From Bugula neritina (Eukaryota; Animalia; Bryozoa): 64,000 bases of DNA. The DNA lies in assembly GCA_964035545.1 (NCBI GenBank), contig OZ037766.1, positions 14,188,722 through 14,252,721 on the forward strand, written 5' to 3'. Shown here piece after piece: positions 27,075-40,561 of the stretch. A model generated the notes under the pieces. It was not told where the DNA came from and searched no databases. It saw only the letters and a program-made list of their open reading frames with translations. The number at the start of each line of letters is the position of its first letter. Position 1 is the stretch's first letter. A program made the translations under genes and the position numbers.

Positions 27075-27518
27075 AGTAATATATGCCATATTTCAATAAT
27101 AACAAACTAATACATTTTTTATACATGCCCAAATTATATTTTAGCTTTGCGCAACTTCTTTAATTTTCTACAACAGTGTAACTATCTTTAATGGTACTTT
27201 TACTTGTTCCTCACTATTTCAGTACCTTGATGCCAACTGTCTTTCTTTGCTGAAGTTTGAGTGCACTGTGGGAGAGCAGACAAAACAACAGTATCTGATA
27301 ACTGCTACTTCAGACTAAGCTTCACTGTTTTGTTGAAAAGTTTATTTTGTACTGGTTTTGAAAAATAAAAATATGAAGTTTGATATAAAATTGTCTCATC
27401 AATACTGTTGGGTTCACAATCATAGAGAACATTAACGTGAGATAAACAAATGATGGTGTATACGCAACAATGTTTCTGGTTGCTTAAGATTTCTACTGCC
27501 TGTTTCTTCAACTGTCTT

Positions 27519-30500
27519 TCAAGACTCGTATTTCAAAAATCTTATTAGGTGTTTAGGTAATGGTAGTGCATCCAAGTGTTCGTTGGTAGTAATATGTTTC
27601 AACACTTGTTCTCTGCAAAGTGTCTTTAATGTTTCACCTGTAAAAAGCAAGCCGTCATCAAATATGTATTGGGCTGAAGAATGTCTCTGCAGGTACCAAC
27701 TAAATAACCTGCATGATTATAACTTGGCAAAAATAACCTTGAAAAAACCATTGACCATAACTTACTAATTGTTAGATGAATTATTTGCACTTGCTTAGTA
27801 GTCCCATACACGTCTATTACTGGCCACAATGGACCATCAGATAATCTAAAACATGAATAATGCTATAATTTAACAAATGTGAACAAAGCACATCATTATT
27901 TTGACTGGCATAACATATTTATTAAACTAAATCCACAACGCACGGGAAACTGGCAACGAATGCTCACATATAGTTGATTTGCATGAACTGAACAATCCAT
28001 TCTCATAATGTGAAGCTTAGAAACTAGGTGAATGCCTTATTACGTTTCGCTCACTAAGAGAGGGTAACTACTCACGGTATATCAGCAGCCATTGGGCCGT
28101 ACTCGTCACCATTCAATATGATATATAATTCGCCTTTCTTACCATTACTAGTGAATATCATCCCTGCAACCCATACCAAATTGGTTATAATATTTGAGTC
28201 CAATTTTACCTACATTCATATAGGTAAGTTCATATTAGTAACCACATATTATGTGGGTTACTAATGGCCTCCATTGAAGGATAGAGGCCAATTCTAATAT
28301 GATGGCTGCTCATGTAAAATTGAAACTCATGATATTTCAATATTGGAGTTTATCTACATTGTTGGAGTTACAGCTCAATAACACTAGAGCCACATTGAGC
28401 ATGATTTCACAATTGTATCAGTCATTCAGTTTACTATCTATGTTATAAAATACTTCATTTTGACATCTCAATAAGGAATTTAAATAATTAAAATAACATC
28501 AAACTTGAATGCAAAAGGTGGAGCTACTAAATAGTTTATTCAGTATTTTGCCCACATTAAACTGGCACAAAGCAGACCAATTATCTGCTTGTGCTATGTT
28601 TGCTGTGAAAACAGTCACTCTATGTGGTTGTGGGTTAACAGAAGTTTTACAGAATCTGGCAGTGTTGGCCTTGATAATAGTAATGTTGCAGACAAACAAA
28701 ACCTATACGCTGATAATGTTCAAAGATTTGCTATAATTTTAAAATAATAGAACAGTTGATAAAACATTGGCGGTGGTTATTCATTCAGGGAATGGCTGTT
28801 TGTAATGTATTCAGCAAACGAAACTGAAATATAAAATTAAATCCTAAAATTATCTTTTCGCATTGGTTTGTCTACACATCACTTATAGCGAGCACACAAC
28901 TGCTCCATTACAATATATCAATAGTAAACAAAAATTAGCCTCTGAGTTAAAGAGAGCCCAACTGAAGTAGAAATGACTAAGATGGTTTAAAACTGAGTAA
29001 AATATTATATAAAACCTATTGCATTACAAATTGATGAAGACGTGCTCATGAAGATAAGACTTATAATATAAAAGGCCTAAGACGAAAGGCCAGAGCTAGA
29101 CCATAGTCACATTGACTCCAGTACCTACTGACTAAATTCATCAACATTACTTGACGGTGTGCGACTTTTGCTGCAACATTTTACTATTTTAGTTTAATAT
29201 AATACTATGCTAACTTTCACCTGTACTTGAAAAGCAATATATTTCCCTGTCTATAGTATAGCAATATACGTGGCTAAGATGATAGAGAGATGACAACAAG
29301 AAAGGTAGCCTTAAAGCTAAAATTACCAAACTTCAATTTTAAACTGGTGCATAGCTAAATGGAACAATTTGGAAAGATTTTAATTCAAACAGTGCATAAA
29401 AAGTGCATAATTGAAAACATCTTATGTACAAGCCTGAATTGATCACCTGTCTCTGCATCTAAATGTAGAAAAATTCTTGTTATGTTATTTGAAAGCTAAA
29501 ATTCTTGGGTTAAATTATATGAAGTTGAATAATTGTTTGAGTATAATCTTGTATCATTTTACATTATCTCTTAGTTATTTCTATTAGCAACAAGGACTGT
29601 GTTTTTAAGAACATTTGTAATTTAACAATATGAACTACTACATAAGTTACTAAATATTATAGCTACCTATTCTGCTACCAACTTCTGTGGGTAAAATCGG
29701 GCTACTAGGATGTGAAGAGGCAGATTCGGCATTTAGTCTCTCTGAGATACTTGATTGGCTATTTCTGTTTAATGCAGGTGATTCGTGAAAGAATTCAGGT
29801 GACCGTTTAGATTGTGGTAAAAGCTGGTCTCTTCTCACAGTTCCACATCGAGTTCTAATCCAGTCACCATGTCCTAGCAAACATCATTCAACATTTGTTT
29901 AGACCGGAAAGTAAATATGTCACACATTTAACTGATAGAAAATGTGAATTTCATGCTACAATATGTATCTACATTAATTATTGAGCAAGCAAAAAATATT
30001 ATTATAATCAATTTATTTATTTCTTACTCCTCTGTTTGAAACAAAGAATTTGGTGGCTAAGAATAAACAGAACCAAGTCATCAAATAGTGGCGAGGACTT
30101 AGTGTGAGAGCTGCTTGACAGGGAAGAACACCAGCACATAGATTACTAGACAGAGAACCTTCAAGTTAGAGACCTTGGATATAGAAGAATAATGATACAT
30201 GAAGGAACATTAGAACATTTAGAACAGAAGCAAACACATTTATTACACGATTCAGTATGGAGAAAATAAAAAAATAGAACAAGACATATACTCACCCAAT
30301 AACCTTTCTGGACGTGTGTCGTCTTCTTGATCAACTACTGGCGTATCCAGTCCATGATCTTCACTATCCCTGAACAAATATCTCTGAGTCTTAGTAATGG
30401 CCATCACCCATGACTTGCCTGAAAATAACTTTTTCAACTAAAATTGTATTGTGAGCACTAAATAGAAATAAAACACAATAGTTGATGTGCTTCATAGGAC

Positions 30501-31503
30501 TGTTGAAATGCGTAAAAAAAAATTCATACACATTATCAAAATAGATTTAATAATGAAAGCAAACTGCCTCCAAAATTGGCCATCATATTACGGCAATGCA
30601 TTTTTTAGTAGAATCGATTTTTTAACATGCATGCAAATAACATTTGATTGTGAAGTTTTTTACTTAGAAATAGAATTGGATAATTCAGCATATATAATAT
30701 TTTTATTTAATTTTTATTACTCTTTTTTTCGTTTTTTGTCTACGACTACTAAAAAACTGACCATAATAGCACTTGAATATATTAGCTTCAACACTACTAA
30801 CCTTGAGGTTTACTTGGCAGAAAAACATTAAAATGGATATGCAAAACAGTGTGCGATATTTAGGCTTTGGAAAGAAAACCTGAACCTAACCGAAAATTAG
30901 CTTTGATAAGCTCCATTGAAAATTTAACCTTCTCATTAGTTGATTCCATAACCAGTTGGCTAACTATAACATGAAATTTTAATAAAGAAGAAACTCTAAT
31001 TGTTTGCCTACTCTAGTAATCATGAATCAAGCAATCCACTGCTTCATCATTGCAAGACATTGGATCGCAGTGATTGTATTTTACCTAACAAGGTGACCAG
31101 GTCAGGTAAAGCGTACTGAGGTAACTCAAATAAACTGTCAGGGTTGTGTTGGGTCAACCCAATCCGCAAATTGCCACTCCAGCCTCTCTCATTGTTCATG
31201 ATTTCCACCAGAAATATTTCACCCTGCAGCCACAACAATATAGATGAATTTATACTTTAGCAGCTCTGAAATATTAGTTAAATTCAGCATTATTGAAAGA
31301 AAACTTGAGGAAAAAAGGTTTTTCCTTACAAAAAATTTAAATGTATTTTCTATTGTAGCTTTAATCAATAAAACTACCTGATTTAATGGGCGATTTCCGA
31401 AACATATTCCATGAGCAAAGCTGCAGGTCCTAGTAGCAATTAGTCCATCATCTGCTATGTGAACATTTTTACCATGATGGGAGTGAAATCTCATTGGCTG
31501 CAT
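27519..31503 (-). CDS. NEURL2: Neuralized-like protein 2 (NHR domain + C-terminal SOCS box, Ozz-E3 type), 7 coding exons
   Basis: [16 protein letters not shown]...[21 protein letters not shown]...[15 protein letters not shown]...[55 protein letters not shown]; SOCS box [12 protein letters not shown]...[16 protein letters not shown], stop at 27519. Confidence 0.9.
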
Positions 31504-32848
31504 TTTCCTTCAGGAATAATAATTGTTCCTAAAACTAAAATGCAGAATTCAGAAGCAAAACCTAAACAGCCATCAAGTTCGCCATTGATTTTTAATAAAT
31601 TATGTTCCTATTTTAGCATAAAATTCAAGTTAGCACTAGTCAAATTATCCATTATTATTATGACTACATCCATAGTGATGATTCTAATTAACTTATTATG
31701 AGTCATTCTCAATATGATTACTACTGACATTGAGTATATTGATATATTATATTGATTAAATACTTTCTCAAGTCAATTCAAGGTAACCTGAGGCAACTTA
31801 AGCAATTGATTAACAACTTAAACCTAAATGTTTTGTCCTAACATTATATGGTCACAGCAGATGCTAGTTTCGAATATCTAAAGTTAATTTAATACCACCA
31901 TTGTTAGCATTAATTATTACATTTGAACTAACTTAGTATTTGAATGTATTAACCTTGCTCATAACTTTAAGTTTAGGGAGCTCAGCATAACCTTTAGGAT
32001 TGAACTGCAAAGAAATAAATAAATAATAATTGAAATTGATAACTATAACCGTTATTGTACTGTGTTACAAGATTGAAATTGTGATAACCATTATTATAAT
32101 ATGTATAACTACTATTGGTCATTGACTTATTAACATATCAGTATAACATTAATGTACACCCACACATAAAGATTGATATAAAATGATAATAAAAAATTAT
32201 AAAATCATAAATCACAAAATAAAAAATCATAAAATAAAAAAACATAAAAAATCTAAATATATAAAATCAGCTGTTATTTCATTAAGCATGATAAAATACT
32301 ATTACAATATTTGTAATATTACTAAACTTTAATTTAAAATTGATTAATTAGTAAACCACTCAGTTTTAGCGAACCTAGAGTTAGTTTCAGTCTTCCTTTA
32401 GTAAATTTAAAATAACTTACTCATAAGTATACAGTATAAACTATATTATATAATTATCACTATAGATTATATTAGGAAGACATTATTATTAGCATTTTAA
32501 CATCCAAGAACAACTATTAACATAGCGTTAATAGAATGCAACTAATGTAAATTATATCTAAAGAAGATTACTAAGATTAGTTGGTATAACTATTACTACA
32601 AGCATAACTGAAGTTTGGAAGCATCAAGTCTTAAAACCATAACAAACATCAATTGAGTGTTGACTTACGACTAAGTGTTATCAGTGATAGCCTGATACTG
32701 GTAATATACTGAATAGATGAAATCAATTATATTTATTATTATAATAATTCAATATCAATAACATTAACTATCATTATGAATAACAAATAACTATATGTAA
32801 GTTATAACTTCTAATAACAACATGAACAATGATATATTGTAATAAATA

Positions 32849-33775
32849 CAGTAACGCATAAAAAAGTTTTGCAACACCCCATATTTAAAGCAATGTCATA
32901 TTGTTGCATATTATTTTGTAGCTATTTTCCTAGTCTGACTAAACTAGATTAAATAAATTCAAATGACTAAGATATTATATTTGCTCTAACAAGTTCCTAA
33001 CCTAATGTGAATTTTAGAGTTTTTTTGCTATTGTAAGTTATTTTTGTCTCTATATTAATGCACATTTACAGGAAAATGATATAGCGTGAGGAAATATTTA
33101 CAACAGTTTATCCTTGGATCAGACATTGAGCAACTCAAAATGTAATTTCATTACAAACTGAGTAAACAGCTATAATATACGCTGCCTTTCAATTCTACTG
33201 ATTCTCAAGGCTCAAGTTTGATACATTTCATTATGGTGAATGATAGAAAACTAGCTTCTCAGCAGAGGGCAGTTATATTACATGAATATCAAACTGGAAT
33301 TACTTGAAAGATAATATCAGCAAAAACTTGGTTTGATCTGGCAGCAATACAGAAAACTGCAAAGTAATTTTAAAACAATATCAGGACTGGCGCAACTTAT
33401 TCACTTCAAACATATTGCTCAAAATTACTACTTCACGGGAAGACCTGGTAAGATGAAAATGTGTGAGGGATAAATGCATGCTGCTAACCAACTGCAAATT
33501 ATGCAGAAAGAAACAATTCCATTAAGGGCAGAAAAATACTTTTTACAATATGTTGCTTGTCACATGGCCAGAAATATCTGAAAAATGCTTCAAGTAAGAA
33601 AAAATTAAGTGTTCCAGTGGGCCATGCAAGGCCCAAACAAACCAATAGAAACATTTTTCAATGGCAATAAAAAGAGTAGCTATTGTAAAACTAACATAAG
33701 CAAGGCCAGTTCAGCTGAAGACATCATCAATGCATGGTACAGGATGATGCAAGATGAACCAGAAAACTAACTGCA
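32849..33775 (+). mobile_element. Decayed, internally deleted Tc1-family DNA transposon
   Basis: TA followed by TIR-like CAGTAACGCATAAAAAAGTTTTGCAACACCCC at 32849; broken transposase remnants (HTH-like start at ~33233, KITTSRED, W-P-C..P..NPIE-like at ~33620) with stops and frameshifts; no right TIR seen. Confidence 0.6.
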
Positions 33776-34837
33776 GAATACAATCATAATATTATTATAA
33801 ACTTAAATCAATTGATACTTTAAGTTTACACTTTATTATTGTAGCACAGACACAGGAGCACGAAGCACTTACAGAACTTACTAACACTAAGACTAAGAAT
33901 GGTTTAACAGCAACACAAACACTAACTTTAGCCTAACAGTAAAAATAATTCAAACTGTGATTTGCAGTTAAGTTCAATTATAATATTAATCAAACAATTA
34001 TAAATAGTTTTATTATATTATAGCAATTATGATCAGTGTGACCATCATCATCATTATGATTATCACTAAGACAGAGTGAAACAGCATGACTATCAATATC
34101 ACTATAAGTATAAGTATAAGATTAACGGTTTTAAGTAATTTAAGTAATTTAAAATCAATTAGTAGAACTAGAAGATTAAAATTAATTCAAGTACTGAAGT
34201 AGTTTAAACTATTATTCCATTGGTTATCATTGTGATTATGAGAGCATTAGCAGTAATACTAACACTAATACAGTAATACTAATACTATTAGTAAGAGTAA
34301 TACTAACAGTAATACTAATACTAATAGTAATAGTCATAACTCAAATAACTTATAAGTAATACCACTACCAGTTCAAATTCTACTTGTAGCGTTTTTATTC
34401 CTATTTTACCTGCAAGCAGCAGTACACTGTACTGTGCAACTTGAACTACAGGTATAAGTACAAATAGTAGTACAACTTGAACTACAATGAATAATCATAA
34501 AACCAGTTTAACTTTTTAAATTCTGGCAAGGTAAAGGTGACACTCACACTGGCAGAAGTTTATAAACAATATAAAACTAATTTAGTAATTAGAATGAGTG
34601 AAACTATGCACTAATTTACTCCAACTCTTAGTCTTATACTATTGCAATTACTAAAACCATAAAATCAAATATAATTAAGCCTAAGCCTAACTAATAATAT
34701 TACTCAAACTATTTGATTAATTCACAGTCACCCATCACTGTGTCTGTTGGTGGTAATTGTTGAGCATTACGATTATTATTATTACTCAATATAATATTAA
34801 CTTGCGCTTCCTGTTGGTTTTGTTGTTACGATTACAA

Positions 34838-34872
34838 TGATTGGCTACATTTATATTATCAAAAATTCAAAC
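34838..34872 (+). promoter_or_regulatory. Inverted CCAAT box and CHR-like element upstream of the CaaX gene
   Basis: ATTGG 34840-34844 and ATTCAAA (reverse of TTTGAAT) 34865-34871, about 35 bp before ATG 34907. Confidence 0.4.
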
Positions 34873-34906
34873 TTGTGACCGCTTAAATAGTAATACGTTG
34901 TTAAAA

Positions 34907-37900
34907 ATGGAAGAAAAGTGGGTGCCTGGACCAGATTTCACATTCAAGACCCCTAATAAACGGTAGGTAACGGTGTAGCTTACAAATTTATCAGTGAATA
35001 AATATCAGGAATATAATTCATATTTGCAAACCTGAAAATTTACCGCTGCTAGACTAATAGTAATACTTATAGTTATAGTAATACTAATACTAATACAATA
35101 GTAATACTTAATCTTATTACTACACTATAACTATTACTATTAGTATTAGTATTAGTATTACTATTTCTATTAGTATTACTATTAGTATTAGTATTACTAT
35201 TACTATTAGTATTACTAATACTAATACTGTAATAGTAATACTTATACTTATACTATAGTAATACTAATTAATAAATTGGTAATTATTAGTCTAATACTAA
35301 TACTAATAGTAATAGTAATACTAGTAATACTAATAGTAATACTTATACTAATACTAATACAGTAATAGTAATATTAATACTTAAGAGTTAGAGTTAGTGT
35401 TACTGTTAATCTTATAAATAATTATAATAATATACTTATATAGGCTACAACTTATAAGTTATACTTACTCTTAGTCTTATACTTTCAGTTATACTTATAG
35501 TAAGTGTAACACTAACAGTAAGTGAGTAACGGGAGTAATCACTAACAGTAACTCACTAACAGTAACCGTAAGTGTAAGACCCAGATTATCATTAAGTGCT
35601 AGTGTAACACTTACACTAACGTAACTCACTGTTGGTGTTACTTAAAGATTTACTTTTAGATTCATTCACCAACTCTGTCAGTCAGTTTCATACTCATACT
35701 CATACTCATACTCATACTCATACTCTACTAAATCTAATACCATAAGTATAACTAATAGTATAATTCTAAAAAGTGATACCTCTACTTAGACTTAGAGTTA
35801 GAGTGATACTAATAGTAATAGACTAAGCGAGTGAGATTATAATTATACATCTCAATTTAGTTTTACAGTTATACTTGCTCTCAGTCTTATTGTTATTGTT
35901 ATAGTTTTACTTTAACTTATACTTATACTTATAGACTATGAAATTAGTTGATTAAAGTTGGTATTTACAACCTAGCTTGAAAAAAGTTGCTATGCCTATC
36001 AAGTTTATTTTGGTTGATTGTACTGAAAAATTAGCACCATTGTAATGGAATACTCCCAATATATTTTAATTGTTCCATGGTGACATTGTGTGATTGTACT
36101 TGTAGGCAAACTGTGTTGGCTGGTGGCAATGTCCGTTCACCTATCAATACTAGGAGGAGAACGACTATGGCCCTGTGAGTAACAATTGTAGCAGATTCCT
36201 TGTCTAACTGTAGCTGTCTAGTTCATAAATGCATCCAATATTCAACTTTATTTATCGCTTTATAGTCAGTTTTTGTTTTGCTCTTGTTGCAAACGAAAGT
36301 GTTACATTGCAACTACAAACTTGTGTATGTTTGCCTGTGACATTACAGAATATATGTTTAAATAGAATAGCCTTCACTGTCATGTTATTTGTTTTGCTTG
36401 CTGTTATTCTGTAGAGGCCATCACACAGGGCCTCTGATAGGTCAAGGAGATTTGGATGAGACTTTGCCAACCAAGCTTGCTCCCAAATCATTCTACAAGT
36501 CTAATACTGCTTCGGCTACAGAGGTTTGTCCCCTCTCATAGTTTAATCATACGTGCATAATATTGGTTGTTTGTTATTCACTTAGTAAAACATCACCATG
36601 CTGCCTGTCATGTTTTACTCTTCTTTGTGTCCTTTATTATAACATATTAATAGTAATATTAAGTCTGGCAGAATATCATTCCATAATGAGTAAAGTTTGT
36701 CTCTAATGCATATACTGGATGTGAAATATGCTGTTGCAGTGTAGTGCCTAGTTCTACTGTGTACATACATATTTTAGCAGCCTTCAGATGGGAGAGATGA
36801 GGCTACTGCTGCTAGTATCCCTGCTTCATTATATGGAGAAACAAATGCTTATTCTACAAAACCAGTGTCAAGTCATAGTTCTTCAGTTGAGATTATCGAA
36901 AAGCCTGCTTTCTCAAAGAATATGACTAAAACCTTTCCATCAAAGAAAGTACCACCTTCTTTGAAAAAGACATCAAAACCAGCATCAAAGCAAACAGTAA
37001 ATACTTCTAGAAAACTTTCTCCAATACTCACCCGCCGCCTGACTAGAAGACAAAGTGTTCTTATGTCAAAAGAGAAAGTAAAGTGTCTCATTGCAGATGT
37101 TTCTAATACCTCACTTGCGCCAAGTGTTGATCAGGTTTCTTCAAAGATGCCTTCAAGTCGACATCAACAAAAGGGTACCATCGTTAGTCCTAAGAATCTA
37201 AGGCAAAGAAAAAAGTTGGATTGTACTAGGACTGATAGCAAGTTAGATAAAACTACCACTCGTCCCTCTAAGAAGCCTAAGACTTCATCTGCGAATATAA
37301 GTGTGGAGCAATCTACAATTGAGCTGGGTGAGAATGACAGAAAAAGTGTTATAGCAGAGAGTTCAGAAGCAGCTACACATATCTCAACAGTGGTGGTCTC
37401 TGCTTCTTGTGGAGATATGAAGTTAGCACCAGCTCTGGCAAACTCTGCCAACACTTGTTTACCCATGGCACCAACACAAGCTTCAGCAACACCAGTGCCA
37501 GCAAAAAGTAACTCTTCCAACACAAGCAGGTCACTCGTGAAACTAACCAGTGAAAGGACAGCTAAAAAGCTTGCCACAAAAAGGAGAAAGTCTATTGCAA
37601 GCATGGTGGTTGCTACGCAACCGCCCACTAAAAAAGCATTGAGTAGCAACATCCTAGACATACCAAAGAGTTCACCAGCTCGCAGATCGGTTCCTAGTCC
37701 AACAGCAATAGCTGACCTGGTGAACGAACAATCTGAAAGCTTAATCAAACCTGCACCGAAGGTTATCTTAGATACGCCCGATATTCAGCAGCATGACAGT
37801 ACTAGTAGTCCATCTCAGCGTATAACTCCCAGCGAGTCAACTCTCGGCCAGTCAACACTTAATGGGAAAACTGAATCATCCAAAAAACGTTTGTCTGCTG

Positions 37901-38523
37901 AAAAAACTACCCCTGCTAGAAAAGCACCTTCTACCAAGAAAACTACCCCTGCTAGAAAAGCACCTTCTACCAAGAAAACTACCCCTGCTAGAAAATTACT
38001 ACCTACAGAGAATATTGTCTCTAATCAAAACTCACCAATTTTTTCATTAGAAACAACCTCTACCAGAAAGCCGTTACCTGTTGAGAAACCTACTCCAAAC
38101 CCCAGAAGATTACCAGCTACCAGAAAGTTGACACCCAATAGGAACATGGTACCTGCTAAGAACATGACACTTGCTCTGAAAACGACACCTTCTAGAAAAT
38201 TGACACCTGCCAAAAAACTTTCTACTGCCAGAACACCAACACCTTCTAGGCTTACTCGTTCTTTAAGAAAGATGACTGAACTAGAGAATTCCATATTTAT
38301 GACACCAGATGCTCATTTAGAGTTGCGGCAGGGTGATGGTACGCCCTATCACACGCCACTAGTGGACTCGGTTAACTCAAGTAGCTGTAGTAAGGGTGTT
38401 TGCCAGACTGCTGAACCAGGATCTGACGAGTCAGTTCTCAATGAGACTGTGCTAAGTGAAGTCAGCGGTTCTGGTGACTTTGTGTCAGGAGAGGCAGGAA
38501 AGTCCTGGTGTAGTGTTATGTAA
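34907..38523 (+). CDS. Uncharacterised basic Ser/Thr/Pro/Lys-rich disordered protein with C-terminal CaaX (CSVM), 4 exons
   Basis: Phase-consistent splicing: MEEKWVPGPDFTFKTPNKR (34907-34962), ~36106-36174, ~36415-36523, then ~36778-38523 in frame with the 552-aa ORF; many S/T-P-x-K/R motifs; ends KSWCSVM*. Confidence 0.78.
35050..35950. repeat. Low-complexity AATAGT/AATACT hexamer tract with orientation switches and (CTCATA)n, first intron of the CaaX gene
   Basis: Directly visible; (CTCATA)n at ~35690-35722. Confidence 0.8.
37901..37995 (+). repeat. Coding 36-bp tandem repeat (KTTPARKAPSTK, ~2.6 copies)
   Basis: aaaactacccctgctagaaaagcaccttctaccaag repeated; degenerate 12-aa periodicity continues to ~38250. 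Confidence 0.9.
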
Positions 38524-40561
38524 TATAAAGGCTTTTTGAGTTAACATCAATTTTATAAGTCAACTCTGTTTTTTTGTTTTAATATTATTTGGGTTTTATT
38601 TATATGAATATGTGCTATTCAATTATTTCTTGTTCAGTCAAGCATTGTTAGTTGCTTAAAGCCACTCTATAGTTATCATATAACCATAGTATGATTTACC
38701 CATATTCTGTAGTGGATAATTATATATTATATGCATGTGCCACTACCTTAAATCAAAAGTCATCTCTTAATAAAGTATATACTATAACAATAATATTAAA
38801 GCAGCCTTTCCTTTATGTTGATGAAACAAACAATAACAATGGAGACTTCCGTAAATACAGCGATTGAAATAGTGTCAAACAATAGACCATGTAAAACTCA
38901 GCCAATCAGCGAAGTGTACCAGGTCAATGTCTTACCATTGTAACTGATATAAAATTCTGCAAGTTCAATTGCAAAATGCATGCTTCTAAAAGCTAGTTGT
39001 GCAACTTTTTTTTCATGCATTATTTAATTTCATATCTTTAATTGATGACTCTTAAAATGATTTTTTAAAATGTCTAAATTAAGTGTTTATAAAATGCAAT
39101 TAAAAATTGCATGTCTAAAAAAATGACCTGGTACACTTTTGCAACTTAAGGCCAATTATTACATAACTGCCAGCTTAGTAGTTATTTGTTGTTGCAGCTT
39201 GAATGGGTTATTGTTTAGCATTGAAAGCTTGTAGTAAACGTCTGTGAATTTGGTACATGACTTTGATTGGCTGGTTTTTGAATGGCCTTTTAGTATATGC
39301 ATCTGGATGGCTGGGTAGTGTAGGCTCCGCCTACATCTAGCTAATGTACAGTAGCCAATCCACAGTAGTATTACAAAATTTCTGTTTAACATATGAAATA
39401 TTCTGGTCATTTGTTTTGTACTTTACAATAGTATATATTCTATTCAACTGGAATTTTATTGATATTCATCTATAGATGCATGTATATATCAGTTGCATGA
39501 TTCATCATATTCCCATGGTAGTTTAGAACAGTGTGATAATGTATTTGTTATGAAAATACAGAAACAACTCTATTTCACACAAACTAATTATTGTGCAGGT
39601 TAACTGTCGACCTCATCCAGTTATATATATCTATATTGTGTATAATATATTACACACGCACGAACACACACACATACGTATATACATATATTATATATAA
39701 TGTGTTATATTGAATACATCATTACATTTAGCACTTAATCAGTCTTAATAAAAATATTCTATAGTTTTATATTATGTAGTAAGGCTAGAAAAATATATAT
39801 TTGAATTTGTGATACGAAATGCCTCATTTAGATAAAATTGCTTCAATTATGTAACATACTTTATTAATAACATTTCTGCATGCACAAATTTTTCGTTGTG
39901 TTTCTGCAATGAAAATGTTGTATGACATTTCTGCAGGTAACCTGAAAGAGAGGGGTGACAGTACTAGCTCTTTTTCCTCTACACAGTCTGCTTTTTATTA
40001 GACTGGAAGATAATTCACAGCTACTAGTCATAATGATAAAAGATTTAGTCTACAATAATTTTCTTTATCACTGAGTCACCCATGACTACTAAAACAATAA
40101 AAGGTGAAGTATTTAGGTAAAACATATTATATATATAACTATTTGGTGCTTCTGGTATTTTATAATATTTTATATTATCTTATATGCAGTTATTTCTATA
40201 CTTCATGCCAAATATTTAAGCTTTTTGATTCAATATGTATTGTTTATGCATGCTTTTTGCTACTTTGTTATGAGGCTTATTTAGAATATTATGATCTTGT
40301 TCACTATAACACAGCATATTATTGTATGCATGGGTCTCAGGTTAAAAATAGAAATATGGAAAATTTATCATTCATTTCGGATAGAAAGAAGGATTTCCTC
40401 TTCAAGTGGACCTAGTGTCTGCACCAATTGAAACATTTATTAGCATAACATAGATTGTATATTATACTGTATATATTTATTAATTTATATATTAACAAAA
40501 AATATCGACACAAATATATGTAGACACAGTAAGGCTAGAATAAAGACCCAGAAAAAATTGA

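Larger units (their letters stand above)
24130..27075 (+). repeat. Tandem duplication with ~1.58 kb period, plus an older partial copy at ~23500-24050
   Basis: 24604 aligns to 26186, 24832 to 26414 and 25371 to 26942. Confidence 0.9.
23298..27150 (+). ncRNA. Putative 5'TOP non-coding snoRNA host gene (UHG/GAS5-like), about 15 short exons; 3' end approximate
   Basis: Pyrimidine start CCTTTTTCCCCACC 23298, donor GTAAGT 23324. Short exons 23436-23479, 23845-23905, 24064-24103, 24280-24324, 24515-24563, 24722-24795 and later ones have GT-AG boundaries. Only a 10-codon ORF (MMSRWAVMRI*). About one snoRNA per intron. Confidence 0.75.

Noticed and set aside
23774-27132. Short ORFs in the duplicated region as protein genes
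   Set aside because: They cross predicted splice sites and snoRNAs, and most are not kept open between duplicate blocks.
37164-37748. Long antisense ORFs (also 40915-41412, 56968-57384 and those inside the retroelements)
   Set aside because: Shadows of low-complexity or long sense-strand coding regions with no independent signals.
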